Source: Caldilineales bacterium
Lineage (GTDB): Bacteria > Chloroflexota > Anaerolineae > J102
NCBI GenBank assembly: GCA_037443945.1
Contig: JBBINH010000005.1
Span: 36,538-100,537, forward strand
Direction of reading: 5' to 3'
DNA length: 64,000 nt
The position numbers and the translations under genes were made by a program. Below are positions 24,068-33,365 of this stretch, one piece after another (the first letter of the stretch is position 1; every line of letters begins with the position of its first letter). The notes beneath the pieces were generated by a model. The model had not been told where the DNA came from and did no database searches. It saw only the letters and a program-made list of their open reading frames with translations.

Positions 24068-24592
24068 TCATTGGACGTAGAGCTTGCCGTGTCCGTTCGA
24101 GGGGGGACAGAAGTGCCCGCCGGGGTCCAGGGGCTGTCCACAAAGGGGGCAGCTCGGCCGACCGGCGGCCACCACTTGCAGGACATGATGCGCCAAGGCG
24201 CGAGCATGTTCCCGGGTGATGATGAATCGAGCCAATTCCGGTTGTTCCCCACGCTCGACCAATTCCTGAACGACGATGACGATGACATCCTCGTCTTCAT
24301 CATAGCCGACGCCCAGTTGGGCAACCCGCCAGGCCGGGACAATGGGATGGATCAGGTCAAAATCCACCGGTTCATCGGGATCCGCCGTGGGGCGTTGGAA
24401 GACCTCGGCGATCTGATCGAGCAGCGAGAGCAAGCCCTCGCCCAGCGCGCGCATCTGCTCTTTCTCGCAGATCATGGTCACGAGTTCCAGGCCGCGACCG
24501 GCCTGGAGGAAAAAGGTCCGGCGACCCGGTTCACCGATGGTACCCACCGTGAGATGGTCGGCGGGGTTGAAGTCGAACGCAAAATCAGGCAT
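24068..24592 (-). CDS. DUF3090 family protein
   Basis: The N-terminus MPDFAFDFNPADHLTVGTIGEPGRRTFFLQAG and the C-terminal Cys motif CPLCGQPLDPGGHFCPPSNGH match DUF3090. The real start is at 24592 with the RBS region GGAGG upstream. Confidence 0.75.
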   Translation of the reverse strand: MPDFAFDFNPADHLTVGTIGEPGRRTFFLQAGRGLELVTMICEKEQMRALGEGLLSLLDQIAEVFQRPTADPDEPVDFDLIHPIVPAWRVAQLGVGYDEDEDVIVIVVQELVERGEQPELARFIITREHARALAHHVLQVVAAGRPSCPLCGQPLDPGGHFCPPSNGHGKLYVQ

Positions 24593-25241
24593 GCGGATCG
24601 GGAGGGGCAGAGGGTTCGGAAGGCGGTTCGGACGGTGGTTCCAGCCGGCCGGTATCGTTGATGCAGAGGACACGCGGGCCCCAGGGACCAAAGCGGACCA
24701 TGCTGACCGAGCCCGGCGCAATGTGCAGGCGTTGGAACAGGTCGAGGGGAGCACCCAGGAAACAGCTCAGGGCTGCCCGAATCGGGTCGGCATGGCTACA
24801 GACCACGACCGGCTGCCGGGGATGGGCAGCCGCGATCTCGTGCAGGGCTTCCACGGCCCGCTGCTGCATGGCGCGTAAGCTCTCACCGCCGGGAAAGCGG
24901 ACAAAGCTGGGGGTGATTTGAACCAGCTTCCACAGCTCGGTTTGGGTCAGCTCGTCGATGGCCTGACCCTGCCATTCGCCGTAGTCGCTTTCGAGCAGAC
25001 CGTCATGGGTGCGGACGGGCAGGCCATGGGGCGTGGCGATGATCGCGGCCGTTTCGTAGCATCGTTCGAGGGGCGAGCTGTAGACGGCGGCAAGGGGCCA
25101 TGAAGCCAGACGGAGGGCCAGACGGCGGGCCTGCTCGCGGCCGACTTCGTTGAGATGAATGCCCGGCAGACGACCGGCCAGGCGGCGGGCCTTGATGAGG
25201 TCGTTTTCGCCGTGGCGAACGAGGAGCAGCGTGGCCGACAC
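24585..25241 (-). CDS. histidine phosphatase family protein (PGAM-like; MSMEG_4193-type)
   Basis: LLLVRHGE is the RHG catalytic motif of the histidine phosphatase superfamily. The gene overlaps the DUF3090 start by 8 nt and the upstream aminotransferase stop. Confidence 0.8.
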   Translation of the reverse strand: MSATLLLVRHGENDLIKARRLAGRLPGIHLNEVGREQARRLALRLASWPLAAVYSSPLERCYETAAIIATPHGLPVRTHDGLLESDYGEWQGQAIDELTQTELWKLVQITPSFVRFPGGESLRAMQQRAVEALHEIAAAHPRQPVVVCSHADPIRAALSCFLGAPLDLFQRLHIAPGSVSMVRFGPWGPRVLCINDTGRLEPPSEPPSEPSAPPDPHA

Positions 25242-25244
25242 CCT

Positions 25245-26414
25245 TCAGAGACTCGTCATCAACCGGCGAATACGTTCCACGGCCCGTTCGAGGTCGCTCA
25301 TGGCCGTAGCAATGGAGAAACGCACATGGCCCTCGCCGGCTTGTCCGAATTCGATGCCGGGGGTGCAGGCGATATCGGCGCGTTCGAGGAGGATATCGGC
25401 GATGGTCATGGCGCTGGGGCTGAGGCCGGGGAAGCGGACAAACAGGTAAAAAGCGCCTTGAGGCCGGTCACATTCGACGCCGGGAATGGCATTCAGGGCC
25501 GCGACCATAAAATCGCGGCGGGCCTTATAGGCCAGGCGCATGGCCTCGACCTCCTCTTGCAGGCCGTTGAGGGCCGCTGCCCCGGCCACCATGGTAAACG
25601 AAGCGGCGGAGGTGACGGTCTGGCTCTGGTAATTGGCGGCCAGATCGATGATCGCCGCCGGGCCGGCTGCCCAACCCAAGCGCCAGCCTGTCATGGCGTA
25701 GGCTTTGGAGTGGCCGTTGATCACCACCGTGCGCGCGGCCATGTCGGGAAGGGCGGCCAGGCAGATGTGCTCGCCCTCGAAGATGAGCTTCTCGTAGATT
25801 TCGTCGGAGATGACGTACAGGTCATGGGCCAGGGCCACTTCGCGAATGGCCTCGGCCTCGGCCCGGGTGAGGACACGACCGGTGGGGTTGTTGGGCGAGT
25901 TGACCAGGATGGCTTTGGTGGCCGGCGTGATGGCCTGGGCAATGCGTTCGGCCGTAATGGTAAAACCATCGGCCGCATCGAGGGGCACGGTGACAGGACG
26001 GGCGCCCACGAGCAGGGTCATGGGCACGTAGGAAACCCAGTAGGGTTCGAAGATGATCACCTCATCGCCGGGGTTGCAGAGGGCAGCCAGAACGGCATAG
26101 ATGAGGAATTTGGCGCCAGGCCCCACCAGCACCTGGGTGTTCGGGTCGACCTGGACGCCGTTTTCGCGCGCAAGCTTGGCAGCAATGGCCTTGCGCAGGG
26201 CCGGCGTCCCCCGTGAGGGAGGATAATGGGTATCGCCGCTACGGATGGCCTGAAAGGCGGCTTCCTGGACGGCCAGAGGGGTATCGAAATCGGGATCGCC
26301 CCCGGCCAACGAAATGATATCCCGGCCCGCGGCTTTGAGGGCTTTGGCTTTATCGTTGATGGCGATGGTCGCCGAAGGGGGAATGCTGCTGAGCAGGGTG
26401 GAGAGCGGTTTCAT
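25245..26414 (-). CDS. aspartate/aromatic-type class I aminotransferase
   Basis: NPTGRVLTRAE...SDEIYEKLIF...GHSKAYAMTGWRLGW carries the PLP-lysine motif. The gene is translationally coupled to the downstream phosphatase gene. Confidence 0.85.
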   Translation of the reverse strand: MKPLSTLLSSIPPSATIAINDKAKALKAAGRDIISLAGGDPDFDTPLAVQEAAFQAIRSGDTHYPPSRGTPALRKAIAAKLARENGVQVDPNTQVLVGPGAKFLIYAVLAALCNPGDEVIIFEPYWVSYVPMTLLVGARPVTVPLDAADGFTITAERIAQAITPATKAILVNSPNNPTGRVLTRAEAEAIREVALAHDLYVISDEIYEKLIFEGEHICLAALPDMAARTVVINGHSKAYAMTGWRLGWAAGPAAIIDLAANYQSQTVTSAASFTMVAGAAALNGLQEEVEAMRLAYKARRDFMVAALNAIPGVECDRPQGAFYLFVRFPGLSPSAMTIADILLERADIACTPGIEFGQAGEGHVRFSIATAMSDLERAVERIRRLMTSL

Positions 26415-26517
26415 GGTGAGCAGAAACGGGGATGGGGCACAGGTTATGGCCGACGATTAGCCTCGTATTGTAACCGGGAACGGCGAATGGAGAAAAGCGG
26501 GCCGGACGGAGTGGGGT

Positions 26518-27828
26518 CTAAGGACACGGGCCGGGATCGCGGCAGGTTTCGGCCAGGGCTTTCTGCAACATGCCGGCATCGCGGTTGCGGACAAACTCGG
26601 CCACGGCGGTCGTCAGGGCCGCCCGCCAGAGCGAATCCGCCGTGACACCGTGGGTCAGGCTGCCTACAAGGGTGTGCGTTTGCCAATCGCGCAGGGCCGC
26701 ACGGCTATAGGCATCGTACGGCGTGGGGTCGGCATCTCGTCGCGGCGAAAGCGAGTGACGTCGTGGGTTCAAGGCATCCTGTCCGGCCTGCGAGCCCACC
26801 GTCGTCAACCAGGCGATGGCCTCACGGCGATGGGGACCCACACTCGCCAGGACAAATCCTTCCACCGCAAACAAAAAGACCCCCTCGGTGCCCGGCATCG
26901 GCATCCAGCCGATGGGACCGTGCGGTTGCAGGCTTGATTCCGCCAGGGCACTCCGCACCTCGTCGCCGGCGACCAGAAAGGCGGTCTGGCCTGCCAGGAG
27001 CGAGGCGGCCGTTTCCGACCAGGAGCGTTCGGCGATATCGGCGTAGTTCAGCAACTGGTTGAAGCGATCGATGGCGGCGCCGACGCCGGGATCGGCCCAA
27101 TCGCCCCGGCCCGTTACCAGGTTGCGATACCCCTCAGGACCGATTTGGGCCAACAAGAGGGTCTCCAACAGGTGCAGGGCCGTTTCGGGAGCGCCCAGGG
27201 CCAGGGGCTTGTCCAGCCCGGCGGCCTTGAGGGCTTCGAGATCGGCAAGCCAGGTGTCGAAGTCGGTGGGTACGACGCCGCTCACCGTAGCCAGCAGGTC
27301 GGCGCGATACCACAGCAGGTTAAGACGCCGGACGGCTACCGGTACGACATACAGGTTCTCGTCCACACCGAGGTAGGTCAGCAGATCCGCCGGCAGAGCC
27401 TGGGTCCATCCCTGGCGGACGAAAAGGAAATTGAGCGGTTCGATGAGACCGGCTTCGGCATAGCCGGCGATCAGGTCACGGCTACTGGGACCCTGCCAGC
27501 TATCCGGACTATCGCCGGCCTGGAGGCGGAAGCGCACGGCGGCCGCCACCTCTTCGGCACTGCTGCCGGGTCGGGACGAATGGATGAAGGTGATATCGGG
27601 GTGCATGGCGCTAAAAACCGCCACCAGCGCGGCAAGCGCTTCGGCATCGGCCCCACTCGTCCAGGTCGTAAACACATCGACCTGAGAGGGACCGGCAGGG
27701 GTCGGGGTCGGGGAGGGCGGTGAGGGGGTGGGTTCCAGGACGAAACCGGTACAAGCGCTCAGCCCGATGGCGAAGACGGCCCCTATTCGCACGATGCGCA
27801 CCGATAACGACCGCAACAAGCCTGGCAT
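26518..27828 (-). CDS. ABC transporter substrate-binding lipoprotein (family 1 solute-binding, sugar-type), orphan
   Basis: The protein has a signal peptide with lipobox LSAC and a Pro/Ser linker, and is SBP-like overall. No permease or ATPase genes are adjacent. Confidence 0.7.
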   Translation of the reverse strand: MPGLLRSLSVRIVRIGAVFAIGLSACTGFVLEPTPSPPSPTPTPAGPSQVDVFTTWTSGADAEALAALVAVFSAMHPDITFIHSSRPGSSAEEVAAAVRFRLQAGDSPDSWQGPSSRDLIAGYAEAGLIEPLNFLFVRQGWTQALPADLLTYLGVDENLYVVPVAVRRLNLLWYRADLLATVSGVVPTDFDTWLADLEALKAAGLDKPLALGAPETALHLLETLLLAQIGPEGYRNLVTGRGDWADPGVGAAIDRFNQLLNYADIAERSWSETAASLLAGQTAFLVAGDEVRSALAESSLQPHGPIGWMPMPGTEGVFLFAVEGFVLASVGPHRREAIAWLTTVGSQAGQDALNPRRHSLSPRRDADPTPYDAYSRAALRDWQTHTLVGSLTHGVTADSLWRAALTTAVAEFVRNRDAGMLQKALAETCRDPGPCP

Positions 27829-28072
27829 GATGGCGATAGCCTAGCGCAAGGCGACGCTTCTGTCAAACGATGTTGAGTGCCGATCGGCGCCGGGCCTGGA
27901 GTGTTGCGCGATTGGAAATCGGCCTTGTTGGGCGCTATGCGCCGGGCGTCGGCCTGCGCCGACGCACCCGGTCGGCGCCGGGCCTGGGGAGCTTCGAGTC
28001 ATCGACCGTTGTACCGATGGGCATGGTATACTTTTGTTCCCCGATCGTGTTCTGTAGCATCTGCACCATTGT

Positions 28073-30934
28073 ATGGTCCGTCTGTGCGCCTATTTCGGTT
28101 ATGGCCTCCTCGCCCTCCTCGTGCTCGCCGGCCTCGGCGGCTGCACCCTACCCCCACCGCCTGTAGCGCCTGTCGCAACCCCCGCCCTCGGCCTGGACAT
28201 GGCATTGCGGCAGACGCTCGCCCAGGCCGACATCGGACCGTTAGACTCCGGTCCGGTACCCGATCCGGCGCAAGTTGAGCTGGGCCGGATGCTGTTCTTC
28301 GACAAAGAACTCAGCGGCAACCGAGATATCGCCTGCGCCACTTGTCATCATCCCACTTTGGCCACCGGTGACGGTCTGTCCCTCTCCATCGGCACGGGGG
28401 GCTTCGGTCTGGGGCCGCAGCGACGGCGAGGCGCCATGCGCATGCTCATCCCTCGCAACGCGCCCGACCTGTTCAATCGGGGTTCACCGGAATGGCACAC
28501 CTTGTTTTGGGATGGCCGCGTGATGGGCACACCCCACGAGGGCTTTACCCATCCCATCGAGTTTACCCAAACCCTCCCCGGCGGTCTTGAGCATCTTCTG
28601 GCGGCTCAGGCCATGTTTCCGGTAACCTCGCGGGCCGAGATGCGCGGGGAACCTCGCGATCTCGATGTCTACGGGCAGGAAAACGAAGTGGCGGCTACCG
28701 GCGAGAAGGACCTTCAAAGCGTCTGGCAGGCGCTGATGAAGCGACTGCTGGCCATCCCCGCATACCGTCGGCTCTTCGCCACGGCCTATCCCGATGTGCC
28801 GATGGAGGCCCTGGGCTTCCAACACGCCGCCAATGCTCTGGCCGCCTTTCAGATTGCCGCCTTTACCCTGCTCAATAGCCCCTGGGACCGCTACTTGGCC
28901 GGCGATGACGAGGCCCTGGCGCCGGCGGCCAAGCGGGGCGCGTTGTTGTTCTACGGCAAGGCCCGCTGTAGCCTTTGCCACAGCGGCAATCTGTTGACCG
29001 ATCAGCGGTTCCACAACATCGGCGTACCCCAATTCGGACCGGGCAAAGGTCGCCAAAACGCCTTTGTTGACTACGGCCGTGCCCGCGAGACGGGAAAACC
29101 CGAAGATCGCTTCGCTTTTCGCACGCCGCCCCTGCGCAACGTCGCCCTGACCGGCCCCTGGATGCACAACGGCGCCTATTTCACCCTGGAAGCTGCCGTG
29201 CGCCATCATCTCGACCCGCGACGCGCCCTGGCCGAATACGACTATTCGCAACTGGCTCCCGAAATCCGCAGCGAACTCCATCTGCGTCCGCGCAGGCTGA
29301 TGGACGAGGTGGCCGCCGGGATCGATCCCCTCTTGGCCGAACCTATCGAGCTCGACGAGGCCGAACTGGCCGACCTGCTGGCCTTTTTGGAGGCCCTCAC
29401 CGACCCGGCGGCCACCCAACTTGAGCACCTGATCCCGGAAGCCGTACCCAGTGGCCTTCCCGTGCACGACGGCCCCGACGGTCCTACCCTTTTCCGCGAT
29501 GTGAGTCAGGCCGCCGGCATAACGGCCAAGCACACCCAAAACTTCCAGATGACCGGTCAGGCCTGGGGCGATTACGACAACGACGGGTGGCTTGACCTGT
29601 ATGTCACCGACAACGTCGGCCCCAACACCCTCTATCACAACGAGGGCGATGGCACGTTCAGCGTGGCGCCTATCAGCGCCCAGGTCGCCCTGCCCGAGCA
29701 TAAAAGCGGTGGCGCCACCTTTGCCGATTACGACAACGACGGCTGGCCCGATCTGCTGGTCCTCGGCCGCGAGGAGGACGTGCTCTTCCGCAATGACCGG
29801 GGTCGCGGGTTTGTGGATGTGACGGCTCAGGCCGGCATCAGCGACCCCTACCACAGCAAGAGCGCTTCCTGGGCCGATTACGATGGGGACGGCTGGTTGG
29901 ACCTTTACGTGGCCAACTGGTCGTGTCTGCCTCGTTGCGCCCGTTCCTCCGGCTTCACCGGCGATCCCGACCGGCTGTATCACAACAACGGCGACGGCAC
30001 CTTCAGCGATGTCAGCCATCTCCTCGGCTCCCACACCTACGGTGGCGGCTTTATTGCCCGCTGGCTGGATTACGACAACGACGGCGATCAGGACATCTAC
30101 CTGGTCAACGATGAATTCATCCAACCGGCCGGCAACAAGCTCTTCCGCAACGACGGGCCCGGCTGCGGCGGGTGGTGTTTCACCGAGATCGCGGCGGCGG
30201 TCGGGGCCGATACCAGCGTGATGGGTATGGGCGTGGCCGCCGACGACTGGGATGGCGACGGCGATTTCGATCTGTACTTCACGAATGCCGGCAAGATGGT
30301 GCTGTTGGAGAATCGGGATGGCCGTTTTGGCGATGTGGCCGAGGCTGCCGGCGTGGCCCTTTCCGACCGTGCCGTGGGCTGGGGTGTGGTTAGTTTCGAT
30401 TACGATAACGACGGCGATCGCGACCTCTACGTGGCCCTGATGAAAGGGACCGGCATCAGCGCCTTCAACCCGCTGTTCCGCAACGACGGTCGCGGTCGCT
30501 TTAGCGATGTCGGCCACCGTAGCGGCGCCGACGACCCCGGTGCCGGCATGGGCGTCGCTGCCGCCGATTACGATGCCGATGGCCGGGTGGATCTGGTCCT
30601 GGGCAACTACAATCAGGACTACCGCCTGCTCCGCAACGAGACCCCGATACCGGAGGGCTTTCATTGGCTGGGCCTCAAGCTGATCGGCGGGGGTCCGGTC
30701 AATCGCGATGCCGTGGGCACGCGCGTCGTGGTGACGACCGACGATGGCCGCCGCCAGGTCCAGGAGGTTCACAACGGCACCGGCCTGGGCGGCGGCGATA
30801 TGTTGACCCTGCACTTCGGACTGGGCCGAGCCGTGGTGCGCCGCCTCGACATCCGTTGGCCCAACGGGGTCACTCAGGTCCTCACCGCGGCACCGGTGGA
30901 TCGGTATCTGACCCTCGTGTACGAACATCCGTAG
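28073..30934 (+). CDS. secreted lipoprotein: di-heme cytochrome c peroxidase (CCP/MauG family) fused to FG-GAP/VCBS repeats and UnbV/ASPIC domain
   Basis: The N-terminus has lipobox LAGLGGC and two heme motifs, CATCHH and CSLCHS, in a CCP-like context. At least seven DYDNDGWxDLYV-type FG-GAP repeats follow. The C-terminal block is ASPIC-like (HWLGLKLIGGG...GTRVVVTTDDG...GLGGGDMLTLHFGLG). Confidence 0.8.
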   Translation: MVRLCAYFGYGLLALLVLAGLGGCTLPPPPVAPVATPALGLDMALRQTLAQADIGPLDSGPVPDPAQVELGRMLFFDKELSGNRDIACATCHHPTLATGDGLSLSIGTGGFGLGPQRRRGAMRMLIPRNAPDLFNRGSPEWHTLFWDGRVMGTPHEGFTHPIEFTQTLPGGLEHLLAAQAMFPVTSRAEMRGEPRDLDVYGQENEVAATGEKDLQSVWQALMKRLLAIPAYRRLFATAYPDVPMEALGFQHAANALAAFQIAAFTLLNSPWDRYLAGDDEALAPAAKRGALLFYGKARCSLCHSGNLLTDQRFHNIGVPQFGPGKGRQNAFVDYGRARETGKPEDRFAFRTPPLRNVALTGPWMHNGAYFTLEAAVRHHLDPRRALAEYDYSQLAPEIRSELHLRPRRLMDEVAAGIDPLLAEPIELDEAELADLLAFLEALTDPAATQLEHLIPEAVPSGLPVHDGPDGPTLFRDVSQAAGITAKHTQNFQMTGQAWGDYDNDGWLDLYVTDNVGPNTLYHNEGDGTFSVAPISAQVALPEHKSGGATFADYDNDGWPDLLVLGREEDVLFRNDRGRGFVDVTAQAGISDPYHSKSASWADYDGDGWLDLYVANWSCLPRCARSSGFTGDPDRLYHNNGDGTFSDVSHLLGSHTYGGGFIARWLDYDNDGDQDIYLVNDEFIQPAGNKLFRNDGPGCGGWCFTEIAAAVGADTSVMGMGVAADDWDGDGDFDLYFTNAGKMVLLENRDGRFGDVAEAAGVALSDRAVGWGVVSFDYDNDGDRDLYVALMKGTGISAFNPLFRNDGRGRFSDVGHRSGADDPGAGMGVAAADYDADGRVDLVLGNYNQDYRLLRNETPIPEGFHWLGLKLIGGGPVNRDAVGTRVVVTTDDGRRQVQEVHNGTGLGGGDMLTLHFGLGRAVVRRLDIRWPNGVTQVLTAAPVDRYLTLVYEHP

Positions 30935-30991
30935 CGACTCGCCCGGCCCAGGCGCCGGGAAACGGCGCCGTGGGGCGCAGCGATCGAACCG

Positions 30992-32383
30992 TCAAGTTCC
31001 AAGACGACGCCAACGGGCGGGCAGATGGTTTTTGACCACGCCCTGCACCCGTTTTCCCCAACCCAGGCCGAAGCCATCGCCGCAGACGAGCACCCAACCG
31101 TCAGGGCCGGGAGCGGGAAACGCTTCCCCGCGCCGAAACGCCCGCAGTTCCGGCGAATCTAAAGGCAGATCCAGACGACCTGCGTTGCGTGGGGGCAAGG
31201 CTGCCAAGGCCAGGGCATGATCGGGGACGAAGGAATCCCGGTGCTGGCGTCCGGCCCGCAGTCCGATCCGTCGGGGCTGTAGGGGCCGCCAGAACTCCGG
31301 CGCCACGGGCGCCAGATGCCAGGTGTCCTCCTCGCGCAGCCAGCCTGCGGTCGGGAAGGGAACGGCGAAATTCGCCTCCCACAAGGAGCGCAGCAACGGT
31401 GGTAGCCCCCGTGACATCGGTACAGGCCGTAAGGAGCGGTTGGGCGCCGAGGGGCCTTCCCGTTGCAACAGGGCAAAGCAATGCCCTTCGCCCACCGTAC
31501 GATGCGGCCAGATCCGCACGCAGCGTTCCAGGGGCAGACCGGCGGCCAGTTCCGGCTCGATCCAATCGGGCCGGCCGGGATCGAAACCGGGCAACGCCGG
31601 CGGCGCCACGAGGATGAACTCGCGATGGTCGCGCAGAAAGTGGGCGATGACGGCCTCGTTTTCCTCCGGGGCAAAGGTGCAGGTGGCATAAAGCAGCCGA
31701 CCGCCGGGGCGGACAAGGGCTGCGGCATCGGCGAGAAGGCGGCGCTGGCGCCGGGCACAGCCGGCTACCGTCGCCGGACTCCATTCCCGCCGGGCCGCCG
31801 GTGTTTTGCGGAACATGCCCTCGCCCGAACAAGGCGCATCCACAAGCACCCGGTCGAACAGGCCCGGCCAACGTGCGGCTAGATCGGCCGCTGTGGCGGT
31901 GGTGACCAGAAAACGGGTGATGCCGGCGCGTTCCAGGTTGTCAACCAGGGCTGCCGCACGGCCCGGCACCGCCTCATTGGCCACGAGCAGGCCCTGATCG
32001 GCCATGCGGGCGGCCAAATGAGTGGTCTTACCGCCCGGAGCGGCGCACAAATCGAGGACCAGCTCACCGGGTTGCGGGTCCAGCAGGATGGCGGCGGCCA
32101 TGGCGCTGGGATCCTGAAGATAGTACAGACCGGCGGCATGATAGGGGTGATGGCCCGGCAGTGGTTCGGCAGCGGCCACGACGATAAAGCCCTCGTCACA
32201 CCAAGGGACCGGCTGCAGAAGCCAGGGCACGCGGCTGCATAGCGCTTCCGGCGTTATCTTCAGCCTGTTGACGCGCAGGCCCAGACGCGGAGGTTCCTCC
32301 AGGCTGGCCCGAAAGGCAGGCGCTTCCGGGCCCAGCCAGGCTTCCATCCGGGCCAGGAAGCGCGTCGGTAAGGGGACGGTCAT
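30992..32383 (-). CDS. 16S rRNA m5C methyltransferase, RsmB/RsmF (NOL1/NOP2/Sun) family
   Basis: LDLCAAPGGKTTHLA is the SAM motif. DAPCSGEGMFRK and YATCT are the catalytic Cys motifs. Confidence 0.8.
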   Translation of the reverse strand: MTVPLPTRFLARMEAWLGPEAPAFRASLEEPPRLGLRVNRLKITPEALCSRVPWLLQPVPWCDEGFIVVAAAEPLPGHHPYHAAGLYYLQDPSAMAAAILLDPQPGELVLDLCAAPGGKTTHLAARMADQGLLVANEAVPGRAAALVDNLERAGITRFLVTTATAADLAARWPGLFDRVLVDAPCSGEGMFRKTPAARREWSPATVAGCARRQRRLLADAAALVRPGGRLLYATCTFAPEENEAVIAHFLRDHREFILVAPPALPGFDPGRPDWIEPELAAGLPLERCVRIWPHRTVGEGHCFALLQREGPSAPNRSLRPVPMSRGLPPLLRSLWEANFAVPFPTAGWLREEDTWHLAPVAPEFWRPLQPRRIGLRAGRQHRDSFVPDHALALAALPPRNAGRLDLPLDSPELRAFRRGEAFPAPGPDGWVLVCGDGFGLGWGKRVQGVVKNHLPARWRRLGT

Positions 32384-32460
32384 GGCAGGATTGTAGCATC
32401 CATCGTCCCAACTGGCATGACGGCGCCATCACAGGGTAGAATAACGGCAGATTCATTGCG

Positions 32461-33363
32461 ATGGCATCCATTTCCATGCTACCGACAACCATCACTTCCG
32501 TGGACACGCTGCAAGCGGCGTTGCAGGACCGGTGCTATATCGCCGACCGTAGTCTGGCCGTGGCCATCTATCTTGCCCTCAAATTGCGCAAGCCCCTTTT
32601 CCTGGAAGGTGAGGCCGGGGTTGGCAAGACGGAGGTGGCCAAGGTCCTGGCGGCCGTGCTCGAGCGGCCTCTCATCCGCCTGCAATGCTACGAGGGTCTC
32701 GATGTCAACACGGCCGTATACGAATGGAACTACGCCCGTCAGATCCTCTACATTCGCCTGCTCGAGGCCGGCCGTCAAGCGCAAGGCGATCTGCACCTGG
32801 CCGATCTGTTCGGGCCGGAGTTTTTGCTCAAACGGCCCATCCTGCAAGCCCTCGACGGCAGCGGCGGGCAGGCGCCGGTCCTGCTCATCGACGAAATCGA
32901 TCGCGCCGACGAGGAATTCGAGGCCTTTTTGTTGGAGGTCCTCTCCGATTTCCAGGTGACCATCCCCGAAATCGGTACCCTGCGGGCGGCCGAACCGCCC
33001 ATTGTCGTCATCACCTCGAACCGCACCCGCGAGGTCCACGACGCCCTCAAACGGCGCTGTCTCTACCACTGGCTTGACTACCCGACCTTTGCCCGCGAAT
33101 GCGCCATCGTGCGCGCTCGCGTGCCGCAAGCCCCTGCCCATCTGACCGAAGCGGTTGTCCGTTTTGTGCAGCGGTTACGGCAAGAGGACCTGTATAAAAA
33201 GCCAGGTGTGGCCGAAACCCTGGATTGGATGGAGGCTCTCATGGCCCTTGACCAAGAAGCGCTGGACGAAGCGGTCGTGTTGGAGACGCTAGGGGTCCTG
33301 CTCAAGTACCAAGACGATATCGCTTACGTAGCGGCAGGCCGGCTGAAGGCACTGTTGAGCTGA
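32461..33363 (+). CDS. MoxR/CbbQ-type AAA+ ATPase (AAA_5)
   Basis: LFLEGEAGVGKTEVAKVLA is the Walker A motif and LLIDEIDRADEE the Walker B motif. The RLQCYEGLDVNTAVYEWNYARQ block is typical of MoxR. Confidence 0.85.
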   Translation: MASISMLPTTITSVDTLQAALQDRCYIADRSLAVAIYLALKLRKPLFLEGEAGVGKTEVAKVLAAVLERPLIRLQCYEGLDVNTAVYEWNYARQILYIRLLEAGRQAQGDLHLADLFGPEFLLKRPILQALDGSGGQAPVLLIDEIDRADEEFEAFLLEVLSDFQVTIPEIGTLRAAEPPIVVITSNRTREVHDALKRRCLYHWLDYPTFARECAIVRARVPQAPAHLTEAVVRFVQRLRQEDLYKKPGVAETLDWMEALMALDQEALDEAVVLETLGVLLKYQDDIAYVAAGRLKALLS

Positions 33364-33365
33364 CC

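Noticed and set aside
28484-30928. 814-aa antisense ORF opposite the CCP-FG-GAP gene
   Set aside because: Same reasoning. The plus-strand frame has CxxCH and repeated DYDNDGW motifs, and the antisense translation is featureless.
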